Shown here piece by piece: positions 40,019 to 50,090 of a stretch of DNA of 64,000 nt (position 1 is the first letter of the stretch; each line of letters begins with the position of its first letter). The position numbers were made by a program, and so were the translations under genes. The stretch is taken from NCBI GenBank assembly GCA_033764955.1, contig JANRIL010000022.1:1-64000 (forward strand), read 5' to 3'. The DNA is from Cyanobacteriota bacterium. GTDB lineage: Bacteria; Cyanobacteriota; Cyanobacteriia; Thermostichales; Thermostichaceae. The notes under the pieces were generated by a model that worked only from the letters and a program-made list of their open reading frames with translations, ran no database searches and had not been told where the DNA came from.

Positions 40019-41221
40019 TTAATCAGGACGATAGCGGATCCCTGCCTTCTCCAGGCGATTCAGAGCGGATCCTAGTCGATCACAGTCGGCAATCAAGCTG
40101 ATGCGGACGAAGCCTTCTCCCCCTTCCCCAAAAGCACTGCCGGGGGTCACCACCACTCCGGTAGATTCTAGTAGCCGCAGGGCGAACTCGGTGGATCCCT
40201 CCGCTTCCCCTGTGGCAAGACGGGGAGTTGGGATCCAAAGATACATGGTGGCCTGGGTGGGGGCGATTTGCCAGCCCAATGGGGCTAAGCCCGCTATCAA
40301 AAAATCACGGCGGCGGCGGTAGCGTTCCTGCACCTGTTGTAGGTAGTGGTCAGGTAGTCCTAGGGCGGTTTCGGCGGCGGTTTGAATGGCGGCAAAGATA
40401 CCGTAATCTAGGTTGGTTTTGAGGGTGCGTAAACTTTGGATGATTTGATGATTGCCCACAACAAAACCGACTCGCCATCCAGCCATATTGTAGGTTTTGG
40501 AAAGGGTATGGAACTCCACCCCAATCGCTTTGGCTCCAGGAATTTCTAGGAGGCTGGTGGGTTGATAGCCATCAAAAGCTAGCTCAGCATAGCAGAGGTC
40601 ATGCACCAAGAGAATTTGATGGCGGGTAGCAAATTCAACGATTTCTTCAAAAAAGCGACGGGGAGCAACGGCGGCTGTGGGATTGTTGGGATAATTGAAA
40701 TAAAGAACGCGGGCTTTTTGAGCCACTTCCTGAGGAATCTCCTGGAGATCGATCAACCAGTTATTTTCGGGACGCATCAGCATCGGGTAGATCTGCCCGC
40801 CCGCAATCATCGGGCCACGAAAATGAGCGGGATAAGCGGGACTGGGAACCAAAACCAGATCCCCCGGATCGACGTAGGCAAGGGCTAAATGGGTCAAGCC
40901 CTCTTTGGAACCGAGTAGGGGTAGGGCTTCTTTGTTGGGATCCAAGACCACGCCGTAGCGTCTCTGATACCAATCGGTGATGGCCTGTCGGAAGCTACTG
41001 GTTCCTTCAAAGGGGGGATATCCGTGGAAGGCTGGGTTTTGGATGGCCTGTTGCGCCGCCTCAATGACGGGCTGGGGGGTGGCACCATCGGGATTGCCCA
41101 TCCCCAAATCAATCAAATCCAGTCCCTGTTGACGCGCCCTAGCCTTCAATTCATCGAGACGAGCAAACACATAGGCAGGCAGTTTGTGCAAACGAGCAGC
41201 AGGAGTCAACAGCGTATTCAT
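40019..41221 (-). CDS. Class I/II PLP aminotransferase (aspartate aminotransferase-like)
   Basis: DLGMGNPD, LGSKEG, NYPNNPT, SKTYNMAGWRVG. Confidence 0.9.
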   Translation of the reverse strand: MNTLLTPAARLHKLPAYVFARLDELKARARQQGLDLIDLGMGNPDGATPQPVIEAAQQAIQNPAFHGYPPFEGTSSFRQAITDWYQRRYGVVLDPNKEALPLLGSKEGLTHLALAYVDPGDLVLVPSPAYPAHFRGPMIAGGQIYPMLMRPENNWLIDLQEIPQEVAQKARVLYFNYPNNPTAAVAPRRFFEEIVEFATRHQILLVHDLCYAELAFDGYQPTSLLEIPGAKAIGVEFHTLSKTYNMAGWRVGFVVGNHQIIQSLRTLKTNLDYGIFAAIQTAAETALGLPDHYLQQVQERYRRRRDFLIAGLAPLGWQIAPTQATMYLWIPTPRLATGEAEGSTEFALRLLESTGVVVTPGSAFGEGGEGFVRISLIADCDRLGSALNRLEKAGIRYRPD

Positions 41222-41368
41222 AAAGAGCCTAAGGAACACCCCCGCTAAGGTTGCAGCAGAAGTGGCGATGGGAGGGTGTTATCTAGATTACGATTTTCTG
41301 AAAAATGCAGCAATGCCCTGGTGGGAAAGTTAATGGCTCGTGACCTGGACGGGCATCGGCAGTCGAGG

Positions 41369-41977
41369 CTAGCGCAAAAAGGCTGTAACCAGCCACATCA
41401 CCACAAACGTAATCCCCACCAGAAAGGCTCCGCTCAGTCCTTCGCTAGCAAGAGCGGCTGTCAGGGCTGACGCCACAATAAATCCGGCCAATAAGGAGGC
41501 AAGAGCCAGTAGCACGGAGCGAATAAATTTGTGTTCTTTGCGATAGAGAAAATAGATGCTGGTGAATAATCCTAGAGCTAAGGGAAGAGAAGGGGTTTCC
41601 ATCGGGACGAGGGCAGACCAGACCACCAATCCCCCCATGATTCCTCCGGGCAAGAGGAGGTCGCTGACGGCAGGTTGATCGACCAAACGGGTCAACCAGG
41701 TGGGCCAGTTGGGTTGGGGGCGGGTGGGGGGAAGCATCACCTCCGGTTCCACCACCTGGCGTTCGGCAAAACGAATGCGATCCGGTACGGCAATTTTGCC
41801 CTCTTTCCGCAGACGGAGGCGTTGCAGCAGAATCATGTCATAGGCTTGTTCCACCATCTCTTGTTGGAGGGCGTCATCTTTTAGGGTGGAGCGAAGGTAA
41901 TCGCGTGCTGCCTGTACCTCTTCAAAAGAGGCTTCCTCGCTAATCCCCAATACTTGATAGGGACTCTTGTCTGTCAT
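41369..41977 (-). CDS. CPP1-like (DUF3353) J-like membrane protein
   Basis: PYQVLGI.E.ASFEE, AYDMIL..RLRLR.EGKI.VP..IRF.E; C-terminal TM segments. Confidence 0.85.
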   Translation of the reverse strand: MTDKSPYQVLGISEEASFEEVQAARDYLRSTLKDDALQQEMVEQAYDMILLQRLRLRKEGKIAVPDRIRFAERQVVEPEVMLPPTRPQPNWPTWLTRLVDQPAVSDLLLPGGIMGGLVVWSALVPMETPSLPLALGLFTSIYFLYRKEHKFIRSVLLALASLLAGFIVASALTAALASEGLSGAFLVGITFVVMWLVTAFLR

Positions 41978-42125
41978 ACCGACCAGCCTACAAATCTACT
42001 CAATACCTTAACCTCACTCTTTGGCTTTTGCTATTGGTTGGGCAGGCAGTCTGTGGGGATAGGAGGAGAGGGATCCCTTTCTCTGGACAACTGATTTGGT
42101 CAATCAGGGCTACGAATTTGGGCAA

Positions 42126-43145
42126 CTAGGAAATGCCAACGGTTTGTAGCTCAGATAGAAGAGAGGCGGGTCGCTGATCGTAAGGCCAAGCAAAAGCATG
42201 GCGGAAAGCAGCCTCTTGGCAGACTTGTAATTGATCAAAATCGATAATATCAAGGGTCAAAAGATTTTCATATTCAAAGGGCAAACGGACATTATGTAGT
42301 CCGGCGTTGTCGGTGCAGATGGCAATATCCACGCCTGCCTCAAAGCAACGGTCAAAAACGATTTTGAGGGGATCGAGAGTGGACAAGGTGCCTGTTTTGA
42401 CATAGGTGGTGGGGCAAACCTCCAAACACTGCCGACGGCGAGCCAGTTCGGGTAGCAGTTCTGGAAAATGCAGAGGAATTTGGATGCCATGCCCAATGCG
42501 GGCTACATAGGGCAGCAGGTCGGGATAGCAGCCGTCTAGGGTCTCGTAGAGATGGGCGGTAGTTTTCAGTCCGGCAGCCAGGGCATATTTATAGAGATTA
42601 ATCCATTCCTCCATCCGCTCTCGGTAGGGCTTGTCTCCTCCCGCCAGATCAATGCCACAGACAAACTCAGACTCGGCGGCGGCTTCCACAATCGCCCGAT
42701 TGACGGTGCTGGGCAGGCGAGAGTGTAGGCAGAGAATCTGGCTGGTAATGATGGGATATTCCTTCTGCTGGGTGGCACGCCCCACCACCTCAATCACCTG
42801 TCGCATCTGGCGGATGCGATCGGCCTCGTCCAGGCTGGGATCCGTGCGGAGGTAGGGGGTATAGCGAATCTCTAGGTAGGCGAGATCTTCAAAAATGTAG
42901 GCTCCCCTCAGCAGGCGGTAAATGAAATAGGGCAGGGTTTGAATGGTCTGCACCTGCTCCACCAGGGTATGCAGTTCCAGGTAGTCTTCCAGGGTATTGC
43001 GGGGACGAGTGTAAAAATCTTCAAACTCGGGATAGAGGGGAAATTGCTCGGCTAACGGGGATCCATGGCGATGCAGATACCGCCATAGCACCCTCGGAAC
43101 GACGGATCCACCCAAGTGACGGTGCAGTTCAGCATGTAAAGCCAT
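42126..43145 (-). CDS. Adenosine deaminase family amidohydrolase
   Basis: HRHLGGS, GIDLAG, HLYE, RIGHG, EVCPT, CTDN. Confidence 0.88.
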   Translation of the reverse strand: MALHAELHRHLGGSVVPRVLWRYLHRHGSPLAEQFPLYPEFEDFYTRPRNTLEDYLELHTLVEQVQTIQTLPYFIYRLLRGAYIFEDLAYLEIRYTPYLRTDPSLDEADRIRQMRQVIEVVGRATQQKEYPIITSQILCLHSRLPSTVNRAIVEAAAESEFVCGIDLAGGDKPYRERMEEWINLYKYALAAGLKTTAHLYETLDGCYPDLLPYVARIGHGIQIPLHFPELLPELARRRQCLEVCPTTYVKTGTLSTLDPLKIVFDRCFEAGVDIAICTDNAGLHNVRLPFEYENLLTLDIIDFDQLQVCQEAAFRHAFAWPYDQRPASLLSELQTVGIS

Positions 43146-43242
43146 GACATTTGCTCCCTGTTTAATTTTACTCTTAGCCAAGAATGTTCGGAATGTCTAG
43201 GTTGAGATCCGTCAACGTGACGTGGCAAGAGGGGAGGAATGC

Positions 43243-44646
43243 TCAGGGAGTTGCCCAGGTTTCTGCCCAATTCAGGAGCGCTTCTGCCCTGTCGAGATCC
43301 TCAGCTTCGGCGTAGAGGCGCAACAGGGGTTCGGTGCCACTGCCGCGAATCATCAGCCAACTGCCATCCCCTAACGAAAACTTGTGTCCATCCTGGCTGA
43401 AGTGCCTGAGCACGGGCTGTCCCAATAATGCCTGGGGGGGATCCTGGTGAAGTTGCTGGAGGAGGCGATGGGGTTGAAGCGGATCGAGAAGGCGGAGATC
43501 GCGGCGGCGATAGACGGAGTGATAGGCCACTTGGTTTTGAATGGTGGCATAGATCTGGCTTAGATCCAGTCCGGTATCCGCCACGGCTTCCAGCAGATAA
43601 AGGGCAGACAACATCGCATCCCGCTCCGGCATGTGATTGAGATAGCCAATGCCCCCAGATTCTTCCCCCCCCAGCAGTACGGGCGTGGTCATCATCCGCT
43701 CCGCGATGTACTTAAACCCGACGGGCGTTTCGGTTACGGGCAGGTGATAGCGATCCGCCACCTTGCGAAACAATTCGGAACCACTCACGGTTTTCACCAC
43801 TTCTCCTCGCCAGCCCCGCCGTTCTGCCAAATGTTCGATCAAGATGGGAATCAAAATTTGGGGGCTGAGAAACCGTCCTTGCCCATCGATGGCGGCAATT
43901 CGATCCGCGTCCCCATCAAAGACCAGCCCAACTTTCAGGGGATGGGGAGTTTGGGCTATCATCTGCATCGTCTCTGCTAACGCCTTGGGCAGAGGTTCCG
44001 GCGCATAGCCCCCAAATAAGGGATCCCGATTGGCTCGCCGCTCCTCCACATGGGATCCCAACAGGCGGGCCATCCCCCCTGCCCCCGAACCGTGCATGAC
44101 ATCCACCCAGACTTTGGCAGGGGAACGGCGCAGTTTTTCTAAATCAACGTGGCGGCTGAGTTGAGCACAATAATCCGGCCAGGGATCAAAGGACGTAATC
44201 GGGGCTGGCGAGGGGTGAGCCATCGGTAAAGTGGACTGCTCAAGGATCTGCTCAATCTGCTGGGTGAGGTCGGAGCCAATCGAGCCGCCAAAACTACCCT
44301 TCACTTTCATGCCGGAATATTCGGGCGGGTTATGGCTAGCCGTGATCACCAAAGCGCCGTGGGATCCCTGCTGCCGAACCGCCCAACTAAAGGCGGGAGT
44401 GGGAGCCGCCCCTTGGGAGAGGTGTACCGGGATCCCTAGAGCCGCCACCGCTGCTGCCGCCTCAGCCGCAAATTGTTCCGACAAAAAGCGATGGTCATAG
44501 CCCACAACGATATGATCCCCAGGGAAGGTGGCGGCCAAAACCTGGGCGCTGGCTTGCGCCACCTGCTTCACCCGCTCGACGGTAAAGCCATCGGCAATCA
44601 CGGCGCGCCAACCATCCGTACCAAATCGGATTTTGCAAGCAGACAT
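43243..44646 (-). CDS. Phosphoglucomutase/phosphomannomutase
   Basis: FGTDGWR, TASHNP, DGDADR, GEESGG, SGTEP. Confidence 0.95.
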   Translation of the reverse strand: MSACKIRFGTDGWRAVIADGFTVERVKQVAQASAQVLAATFPGDHIVVGYDHRFLSEQFAAEAAAAVAALGIPVHLSQGAAPTPAFSWAVRQQGSHGALVITASHNPPEYSGMKVKGSFGGSIGSDLTQQIEQILEQSTLPMAHPSPAPITSFDPWPDYCAQLSRHVDLEKLRRSPAKVWVDVMHGSGAGGMARLLGSHVEERRANRDPLFGGYAPEPLPKALAETMQMIAQTPHPLKVGLVFDGDADRIAAIDGQGRFLSPQILIPILIEHLAERRGWRGEVVKTVSGSELFRKVADRYHLPVTETPVGFKYIAERMMTTPVLLGGEESGGIGYLNHMPERDAMLSALYLLEAVADTGLDLSQIYATIQNQVAYHSVYRRRDLRLLDPLQPHRLLQQLHQDPPQALLGQPVLRHFSQDGHKFSLGDGSWLMIRGSGTEPLLRLYAEAEDLDRAEALLNWAETWATP

Positions 44647-44794
44647 AAAGCTCCTGTCTGGGTTTGTTCTAGCCTATCAGTCTGGAGGACAACCCTGGCT
44701 GGCTACCGTTGCCGCCGGTAAGAGGGTGGGGGGCGGGTGAGATTCTGGGGATCCCGTGGCACAATCAAGGCATGAGCAGGGGACTTGAACGGAT

Positions 44795-46705
44795 ATGAAC
44801 GAGACCATCCTGGCGGGGCGCTATGTGATCGTCCGTTCGTTGGGCAAAGGGGGATTTGGGGAAACCTATCTCTCCCAGGATCGCCATCTGCCGGATCATC
44901 CCCTCTGTGTGGTGAAACGCCTCAAACCCCAGCAGGCCAACAATCCGGTCAACCTGCGCCTCTTCAACCAAGAAGCGGAGATTCTCTACCGTTTGGGATC
45001 CCATCCGCAAATCCCCAAATTGCAGGCTCACTTTGAGCAGGAGGGGGAGTATTTTTTGGTACAGGACTATATTGAAGGGCATAACCTGAGCCAGGAACTC
45101 GGCGCGGAAAAGCCCTGGTCAGAAACGGCTGTCATTCAATTTTTGCAAGAGATTTTACAGATTTTGGTGTTTGTTCATCAGCAACAGATCATCCACCGCG
45201 ACATCAAACCCGCCAATATCATGCGGCGGCGGCAGGACAACCAATTGATGCTGATTGATTTTGGCTCGGTTAAGCAAATCACCTCTCAATTCGGGGAAAC
45301 TGCTGGAGAACGGGGGATGACCGTCGGGATCCACAGTTTGGGCTACTCCCCCCTCGAACAAATGGAAGGACGCCCACAACTGAGCAGTGATATTTATTCG
45401 GTGGGGATGGTGGCGCTCCATGCCCTAACGGGGATCAACCCCAGTCAATTGCCGCGCCGCGCCGGTGACTTTGAAATTCTCTGGCGGGAACATATCCGTG
45501 TCAGCGCGGGCTTTGCTGCTATTTTGGATCGCATGGCGCAAAGTCACTACAGTCGCCGCTATGCCTCAGCGGTGGAAGCCCTGCAAGCCCTGGAAAAACT
45601 GGTGGGGGAAGGGGAAAAGAAGCAACCCTTTGGTCGGTTTCGCCTGCCGTTTGCCCTGAGATCCCCGCCCACTGCTCCCCCCATCACCGCCAAGGTGGAG
45701 AGTGGCAAGGTAACGACCACCCAAACCAACTCTCCCAAACCCAATGCCAGCCAAACCTCTCCTACCGGACAGGGATCCCCAGGTTCAGTCGGCAAAAAAT
45801 CAACCACCTCCAGCCAACTCACCTTTGCCCTACAACATACTTTTTTGGCTCATCCGGGTGGGGTGCGTGCCTTAGTCATCAGTTGGGACGAGCAATTGTT
45901 GATCAGTGGTGGAGCGGATCGCCTCGTAAAAGTTTGGCATCTGACTTCCGGTGAGTTGCAGCATACCTTCTCCGGTCATCAGGGGATAGTTTTTTCCCTG
46001 GCTTTCAATGGTATTCAACATCAGGTGATCAGCAGCAGTGATGATAAAAGCATCCGTATTTGGGATTTGACAGGGGGTGGCTGTGCCCAAACCATAAGCA
46101 GTCGAACCGATTGGGCAACCGCCATGTCCGTTAGCCCCGATGGACGAACCTTGATCACAGGCAACAGCGATGGATCCTTGAAACTTCAATCTCTGCCAGA
46201 AGGTCAACTCCTTTACACCTTGAAAGGACATGCCGCTCTGATCAACAGCCTCAGCTTGACTCAGGATGGAGAAACCCTAGTCAGTGGCAGCAGTGACAAC
46301 AGTCTGCGGGTTTGGAGCCTCAGCAAAGGGCAAGTCCTCAAAACTCTGCAAGGACACAGTGATTGGGTAAATGCCGTGGTCATCGATCCGCAGGGGCAGA
46401 TGGTGGTGAGTGGTAGCAGTGACCACACCCTAAAAATTTGGGATCCCCAGCAGGGGAAAGTACGCCATACCCTGAAGAGTCATACTCAACGGGTGACCTG
46501 TTTGGCTAAGCCAACCCTGGGATCCGGTTTGGTCAGTGGTAGCGCCGATCGCACCCTCAAAGTCTGGAACCTAGATAAAGCCAAAGAAGTTGCCACGCTA
46601 CGGGGACATGCTGGTATGGTGACTGCCGCCGCCATCAGTATGGATGGGAAAATCTTGGTGAGTGGGGGCTGGGATGGACAGATCAAAATTTGGCAGTCCC
46701 CCTGA
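44795..46705 (+). CDS. Ser/Thr protein kinase with C-terminal WD40 repeats
   Basis: LGKGGFG, HRDIKPAN, DFG; about 7 GH...WD-type repeats. Confidence 0.93.
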   Translation: MNETILAGRYVIVRSLGKGGFGETYLSQDRHLPDHPLCVVKRLKPQQANNPVNLRLFNQEAEILYRLGSHPQIPKLQAHFEQEGEYFLVQDYIEGHNLSQELGAEKPWSETAVIQFLQEILQILVFVHQQQIIHRDIKPANIMRRRQDNQLMLIDFGSVKQITSQFGETAGERGMTVGIHSLGYSPLEQMEGRPQLSSDIYSVGMVALHALTGINPSQLPRRAGDFEILWREHIRVSAGFAAILDRMAQSHYSRRYASAVEALQALEKLVGEGEKKQPFGRFRLPFALRSPPTAPPITAKVESGKVTTTQTNSPKPNASQTSPTGQGSPGSVGKKSTTSSQLTFALQHTFLAHPGGVRALVISWDEQLLISGGADRLVKVWHLTSGELQHTFSGHQGIVFSLAFNGIQHQVISSSDDKSIRIWDLTGGGCAQTISSRTDWATAMSVSPDGRTLITGNSDGSLKLQSLPEGQLLYTLKGHAALINSLSLTQDGETLVSGSSDNSLRVWSLSKGQVLKTLQGHSDWVNAVVIDPQGQMVVSGSSDHTLKIWDPQQGKVRHTLKSHTQRVTCLAKPTLGSGLVSGSADRTLKVWNLDKAKEVATLRGHAGMVTAAAISMDGKILVSGGWDGQIKIWQSP

Positions 46706-46758
46706 TGGTCACTGAGGAACTGGGTTGGATTCTGTTTTTGTCGATTAAATGCTGTCTA

Positions 46759-47100
46759 CTAATCTTGAATGGATTCCTCTGTGGATGGTGGGTTGAGGAT
46801 CGGATCCACCTCCGTGTCTGCCTCTGGGGTATAGTCCACCATCAAATCCACCCGTGTCGCAATAATGGCAATAGCCTGTCGGATCGCCGTCATTTGATCA
46901 TTCAAACTGGCAATATCTGCTTCCAGAGCCGTAAAGCGTGTCTCTGGATCGGAAACCATGCCCTGCCCAAAATAGTCCTGGAATACCCTCACTACAGCTT
47001 CCTGCATTGAGGGGATCCCTCGTTCTGCCTGGAACTGGGCCAGTTGTTCCTGAAGTGAAGCGGGCAAGATCTCAGACAGATGGGATTCAAAAGTATCCAT
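46759..47100 (-). CDS. Hypothetical protein, possible ribbon-helix-helix plus coiled coil
   Basis: LP..L...L..F..ERGI.S..EAV.....DYF followed by a heptad pattern. Confidence 0.55.
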   Translation of the reverse strand: MDTFESHLSEILPASLQEQLAQFQAERGIPSMQEAVVRVFQDYFGQGMVSDPETRFTALEADIASLNDQMTAIRQAIAIIATRVDLMVDYTPEADTEVDPILNPPSTEESIQD

Positions 47101-47168
47101 AGATGGCGGTCGCAGATGCCCGGTAGCGGAGGGGAATGGTCAGGCAAAGCCTATCCTTCAATATATCT

Positions 47169-48458
47169 TCAATAGGTGACGCTGACTTCAGCTAACGCAG
47201 ATTCTGGCCCTACCAACGAGATCACCGGATCGGTTAGGTAGGTTTGCGCCACCCGATGCAGGGACTGAGGGGTGACGGCTTTCACCAGGCTGGGGTAGGT
47301 CTGATCAAACTCCATCCCCAGTTGTAACACCTCATACCAACCCAACATTTGGGCAATTTGGGCATTGGTTTGTTTGCTCAAGGCGTATTGCCCCAAAACC
47401 TTACGCTGACAAACGGCCACCTCGGAGGGGGATAGGGGATGCTGATGCAGGCGATCCAACTCGGCTTGCAAGCCTGCTAACGCTGTTTGGGTATTGTCAG
47501 CGGCGGTTCCCAAATAAGCAACGAAGGGAGCAGGATCGCGGCGGGTGGCAAAAAAGGCGGACACCTCGTAGGCCAGTCCCCGCTTTTCCCGCAGCTCCAC
47601 AAACAAGCGGCTAGATAGCCCACTGCCCAGGTAGGTAGCCAGCACCTTGAGGGGGGCATAGTCGGGATCCCCCACGGCGCACCCCCGATAGCCCAGCATA
47701 ACCGTACTTTGTTGGGTGGTTTGCCCGGTTGTGCAGAGGGATCCCTGAGGCCGGGGAGGCAAGGCGGGCGGGCGGGCGGGCGGGCGGGCGGGCGGGGCAG
47801 ATATCCAGGATCCGAGGTGGGAGGCGATCAGCTCTGCCAACTGATCGGCAGGTAATGGACCGACAACCGCCATGATCAGGGAATCGGGGCGAAGATGCTG
47901 GGCATGATAGGTTTGCAGATCCTGGCGAGTCAGGGATCCCAGACTGCTAGCTTTGCCCAGATGGGAAAACGCATAGGGATGGTTGTCATAGAGGATCTGG
48001 CGCAGTTGGTCATAGGCAACACTAAAAGGCCGTTCCTGTTGGGAGCGAATCGCCTGGAGCATCAACTGCTGCTCTCGCCACACCTCCGCCTCTGGAAAGA
48101 TGGGATCCCGGAGGATCTCTGCCACCAAAGCCAACACCTGGGGAAGGTCTTCCGCTAGCGACTTGAGGCTGACCTCAAAATAGTCGGCGCTACTATCCAC
48201 CCCAATGGCGGCTCCCAGCGACTCGACGCAACTGGCAATCGCTTGAGAATCACGGCTGGAGGTGCCTTTGGTTAAGACCGATGCCACCAAACTGGCTAAC
48301 CCCGCCTTTTCAGGAGATTCCACATAGCTACCCGCCGGAAAAAACAGACGAGCCGCCACAATATCGACTGTGGGGTTTTGGGCAAGCAGTAGTGTTAGGC
48401 CATTGGGCAGCCGCAGGCGTTGAGCCGCCTGTCTGACAGCAAGCGATGAAATCGTCAT
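47169..48458 (-). CDS. M16 peptidase, non-catalytic subunit
   Basis: LPNGL, no HxxEH, SSRLFVELREKRGLAY. Confidence 0.9.
   Translation of the reverse strand: MTISSLAVRQAAQRLRLPNGLTLLLAQNPTVDIVAARLFFPAGSYVESPEKAGLASLVASVLTKGTSSRDSQAIASCVESLGAAIGVDSSADYFEVSLKSLAEDLPQVLALVAEILRDPIFPEAEVWREQQLMLQAIRSQQERPFSVAYDQLRQILYDNHPYAFSHLGKASSLGSLTRQDLQTYHAQHLRPDSLIMAVVGPLPADQLAELIASHLGSWISAPPARPPARPPALPPRPQGSLCTTGQTTQQSTVMLGYRGCAVGDPDYAPLKVLATYLGSGLSSRLFVELREKRGLAYEVSAFFATRRDPAPFVAYLGTAADNTQTALAGLQAELDRLHQHPLSPSEVAVCQRKVLGQYALSKQTNAQIAQMLGWYEVLQLGMEFDQTYPSLVKAVTPQSLHRVAQTYLTDPVISLVGPESALAEVSVTY
47763..47794. repeat. (GGCG)8 tetranucleotide tract inside the M16 gene
   Basis: Read directly; encodes PPARPPARPPA. 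Confidence 0.9.
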
Positions 48459-48548
48459 GGTGGGGATCCCTTTGCTCACGCAGTCGAGAATAATCGCCTT
48501 CATCACCGGAGCGGATGAGGGGGAGTGGGGTTTTGGGGTGGCGGCGGC

Positions 48549-49853
48549 CTAGTGTAGCACCAACTCTAGAGGGGGCGTAAAACTATCCGGCACCACCTCT
48601 GGGCAGAGGGTTGTCACCACATAGGCGGCAGGCGAAAGATAGATAGCGGCTAGCTCCTGAAGCTGCTGGGCGGTGAGGGAGCGCACCTGCTGCAAATAGT
48701 CGAGCGCCAACTCTACTCCCCCCATCAGGTGATAGTAACCATACACACTAGCCAGTTGATGGGGAGACTCGGTGGAAAAGACAAACTCATTCACCAAAAT
48801 GCGGCGGGTGCGCTCCAGTTCTTCCTGAGGAATGGGGGTTTGTTGCAGTTTGCCCATCTCCGCCAAAATGGCTTGCTCTACCATTTCAATTTGCATGGGA
48901 TCCAGATAAGCACTGACATAAAACAGTCCTTGTTCCTGCTGAGAGGCTGCCGAACAGCCCACTCCTCGCACCCACCCTCGTTGTTCCCGCAACAGATTGA
49001 CCAAACGAGAGGTTCGCCCATCCCCCAGGATAGAGGCCAGCATTTCTAATCCACAGGTCTCCTGCCAGTGCTTTACCCCGACAGTCGGCCAAGCCATCAA
49101 CAAACGCGCCTGTTCGAGGCGGGGTTGCTGGAGATGTGCTCGACGAATACCCGTGAGGGGAGGCTCAGGAGGCAGGGAAGGAAGCAAGGGATCCCCTCCC
49201 GCAGGCAACCCACCAAAATACTGCTCCACTAAGCCCATCGCGGCATCCATATCCAGGTTGCCCACCATCACAACCGTCATATTTTCTGGAGAATACCAAC
49301 GGCGGTGATACTGACGCATCAATTCGGGAGTAAAGCTGAGCAGCACCTCCGGTGTTCCCAAAACGGGTCGACCATAGGGGTGCTGTTGATAAACCGTAGA
49401 CATCAGTTGGTGATAGGCCAGATAGTCAGGGTTATCAGCGGCACGGCGAATTTCTTCTAACACCACTTGCCGCTCCCGCTCAAACTCATCCTCTGGGATA
49501 GCGGCTTGGGTGACCACCTCTGCCAAATAGGGGAAAGTTTCTGCCAAATCTTCGGCAGCCACCGTGATGTAGTAATGGGTGTAATCCTGTCCAGTGGCGG
49601 CGTTAGTGATACCTCCCCGCCCCTCCACTGCCCGATCCAAATCTCCTGGTTTGAGGCGTTCGGTGCCCTTAAAAACCATGTGCTCTAAAAAGTGGGACAT
49701 GCCTAGCAGGTCAGGCGATTCATGGCGGCCTCCCGCTTGCACCCAAATATCCACGGTTACCGCATTAGTAATAGCAATCGGTTGCAAAATCACCGTTAGC
49801 CCGTTTGTGAGTTTTTGGGTAACGGCAGGTAAAAAAGAAGTTGCGAAATTCAA
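48549..49853 (-). CDS. M16 zinc peptidase, catalytic subunit
   Basis: HFLEH, NAAT, ERERQVVLEE, HPYGRPVLG. Confidence 0.93.
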   Translation of the reverse strand: MNFATSFLPAVTQKLTNGLTVILQPIAITNAVTVDIWVQAGGRHESPDLLGMSHFLEHMVFKGTERLKPGDLDRAVEGRGGITNAATGQDYTHYYITVAAEDLAETFPYLAEVVTQAAIPEDEFERERQVVLEEIRRAADNPDYLAYHQLMSTVYQQHPYGRPVLGTPEVLLSFTPELMRQYHRRWYSPENMTVVMVGNLDMDAAMGLVEQYFGGLPAGGDPLLPSLPPEPPLTGIRRAHLQQPRLEQARLLMAWPTVGVKHWQETCGLEMLASILGDGRTSRLVNLLREQRGWVRGVGCSAASQQEQGLFYVSAYLDPMQIEMVEQAILAEMGKLQQTPIPQEELERTRRILVNEFVFSTESPHQLASVYGYYHLMGGVELALDYLQQVRSLTAQQLQELAAIYLSPAAYVVTTLCPEVVPDSFTPPLELVLH

Positions 49854-50090
49854 GATTCTTAATGGGGAGGAGAACTCCTCTATTGTAGTCAGTTTGGGGG
49901 GGCTAGCGGCATTCTGGCGAACATACCGATTTTTTTACTTTTGTTTTTGGGTTCTGTTTTTTGTGCTTGTCTGGGTCATTTGGGATCCCTGAGGGAACGG
50001 CGGTGTAGATGGAGGTTGACAGGCAGAGCGGACTGAGAGGGGCTAAACTTGACCATCTGCCACCCATTTCCCCAAGGAGGGATCCCGCCA

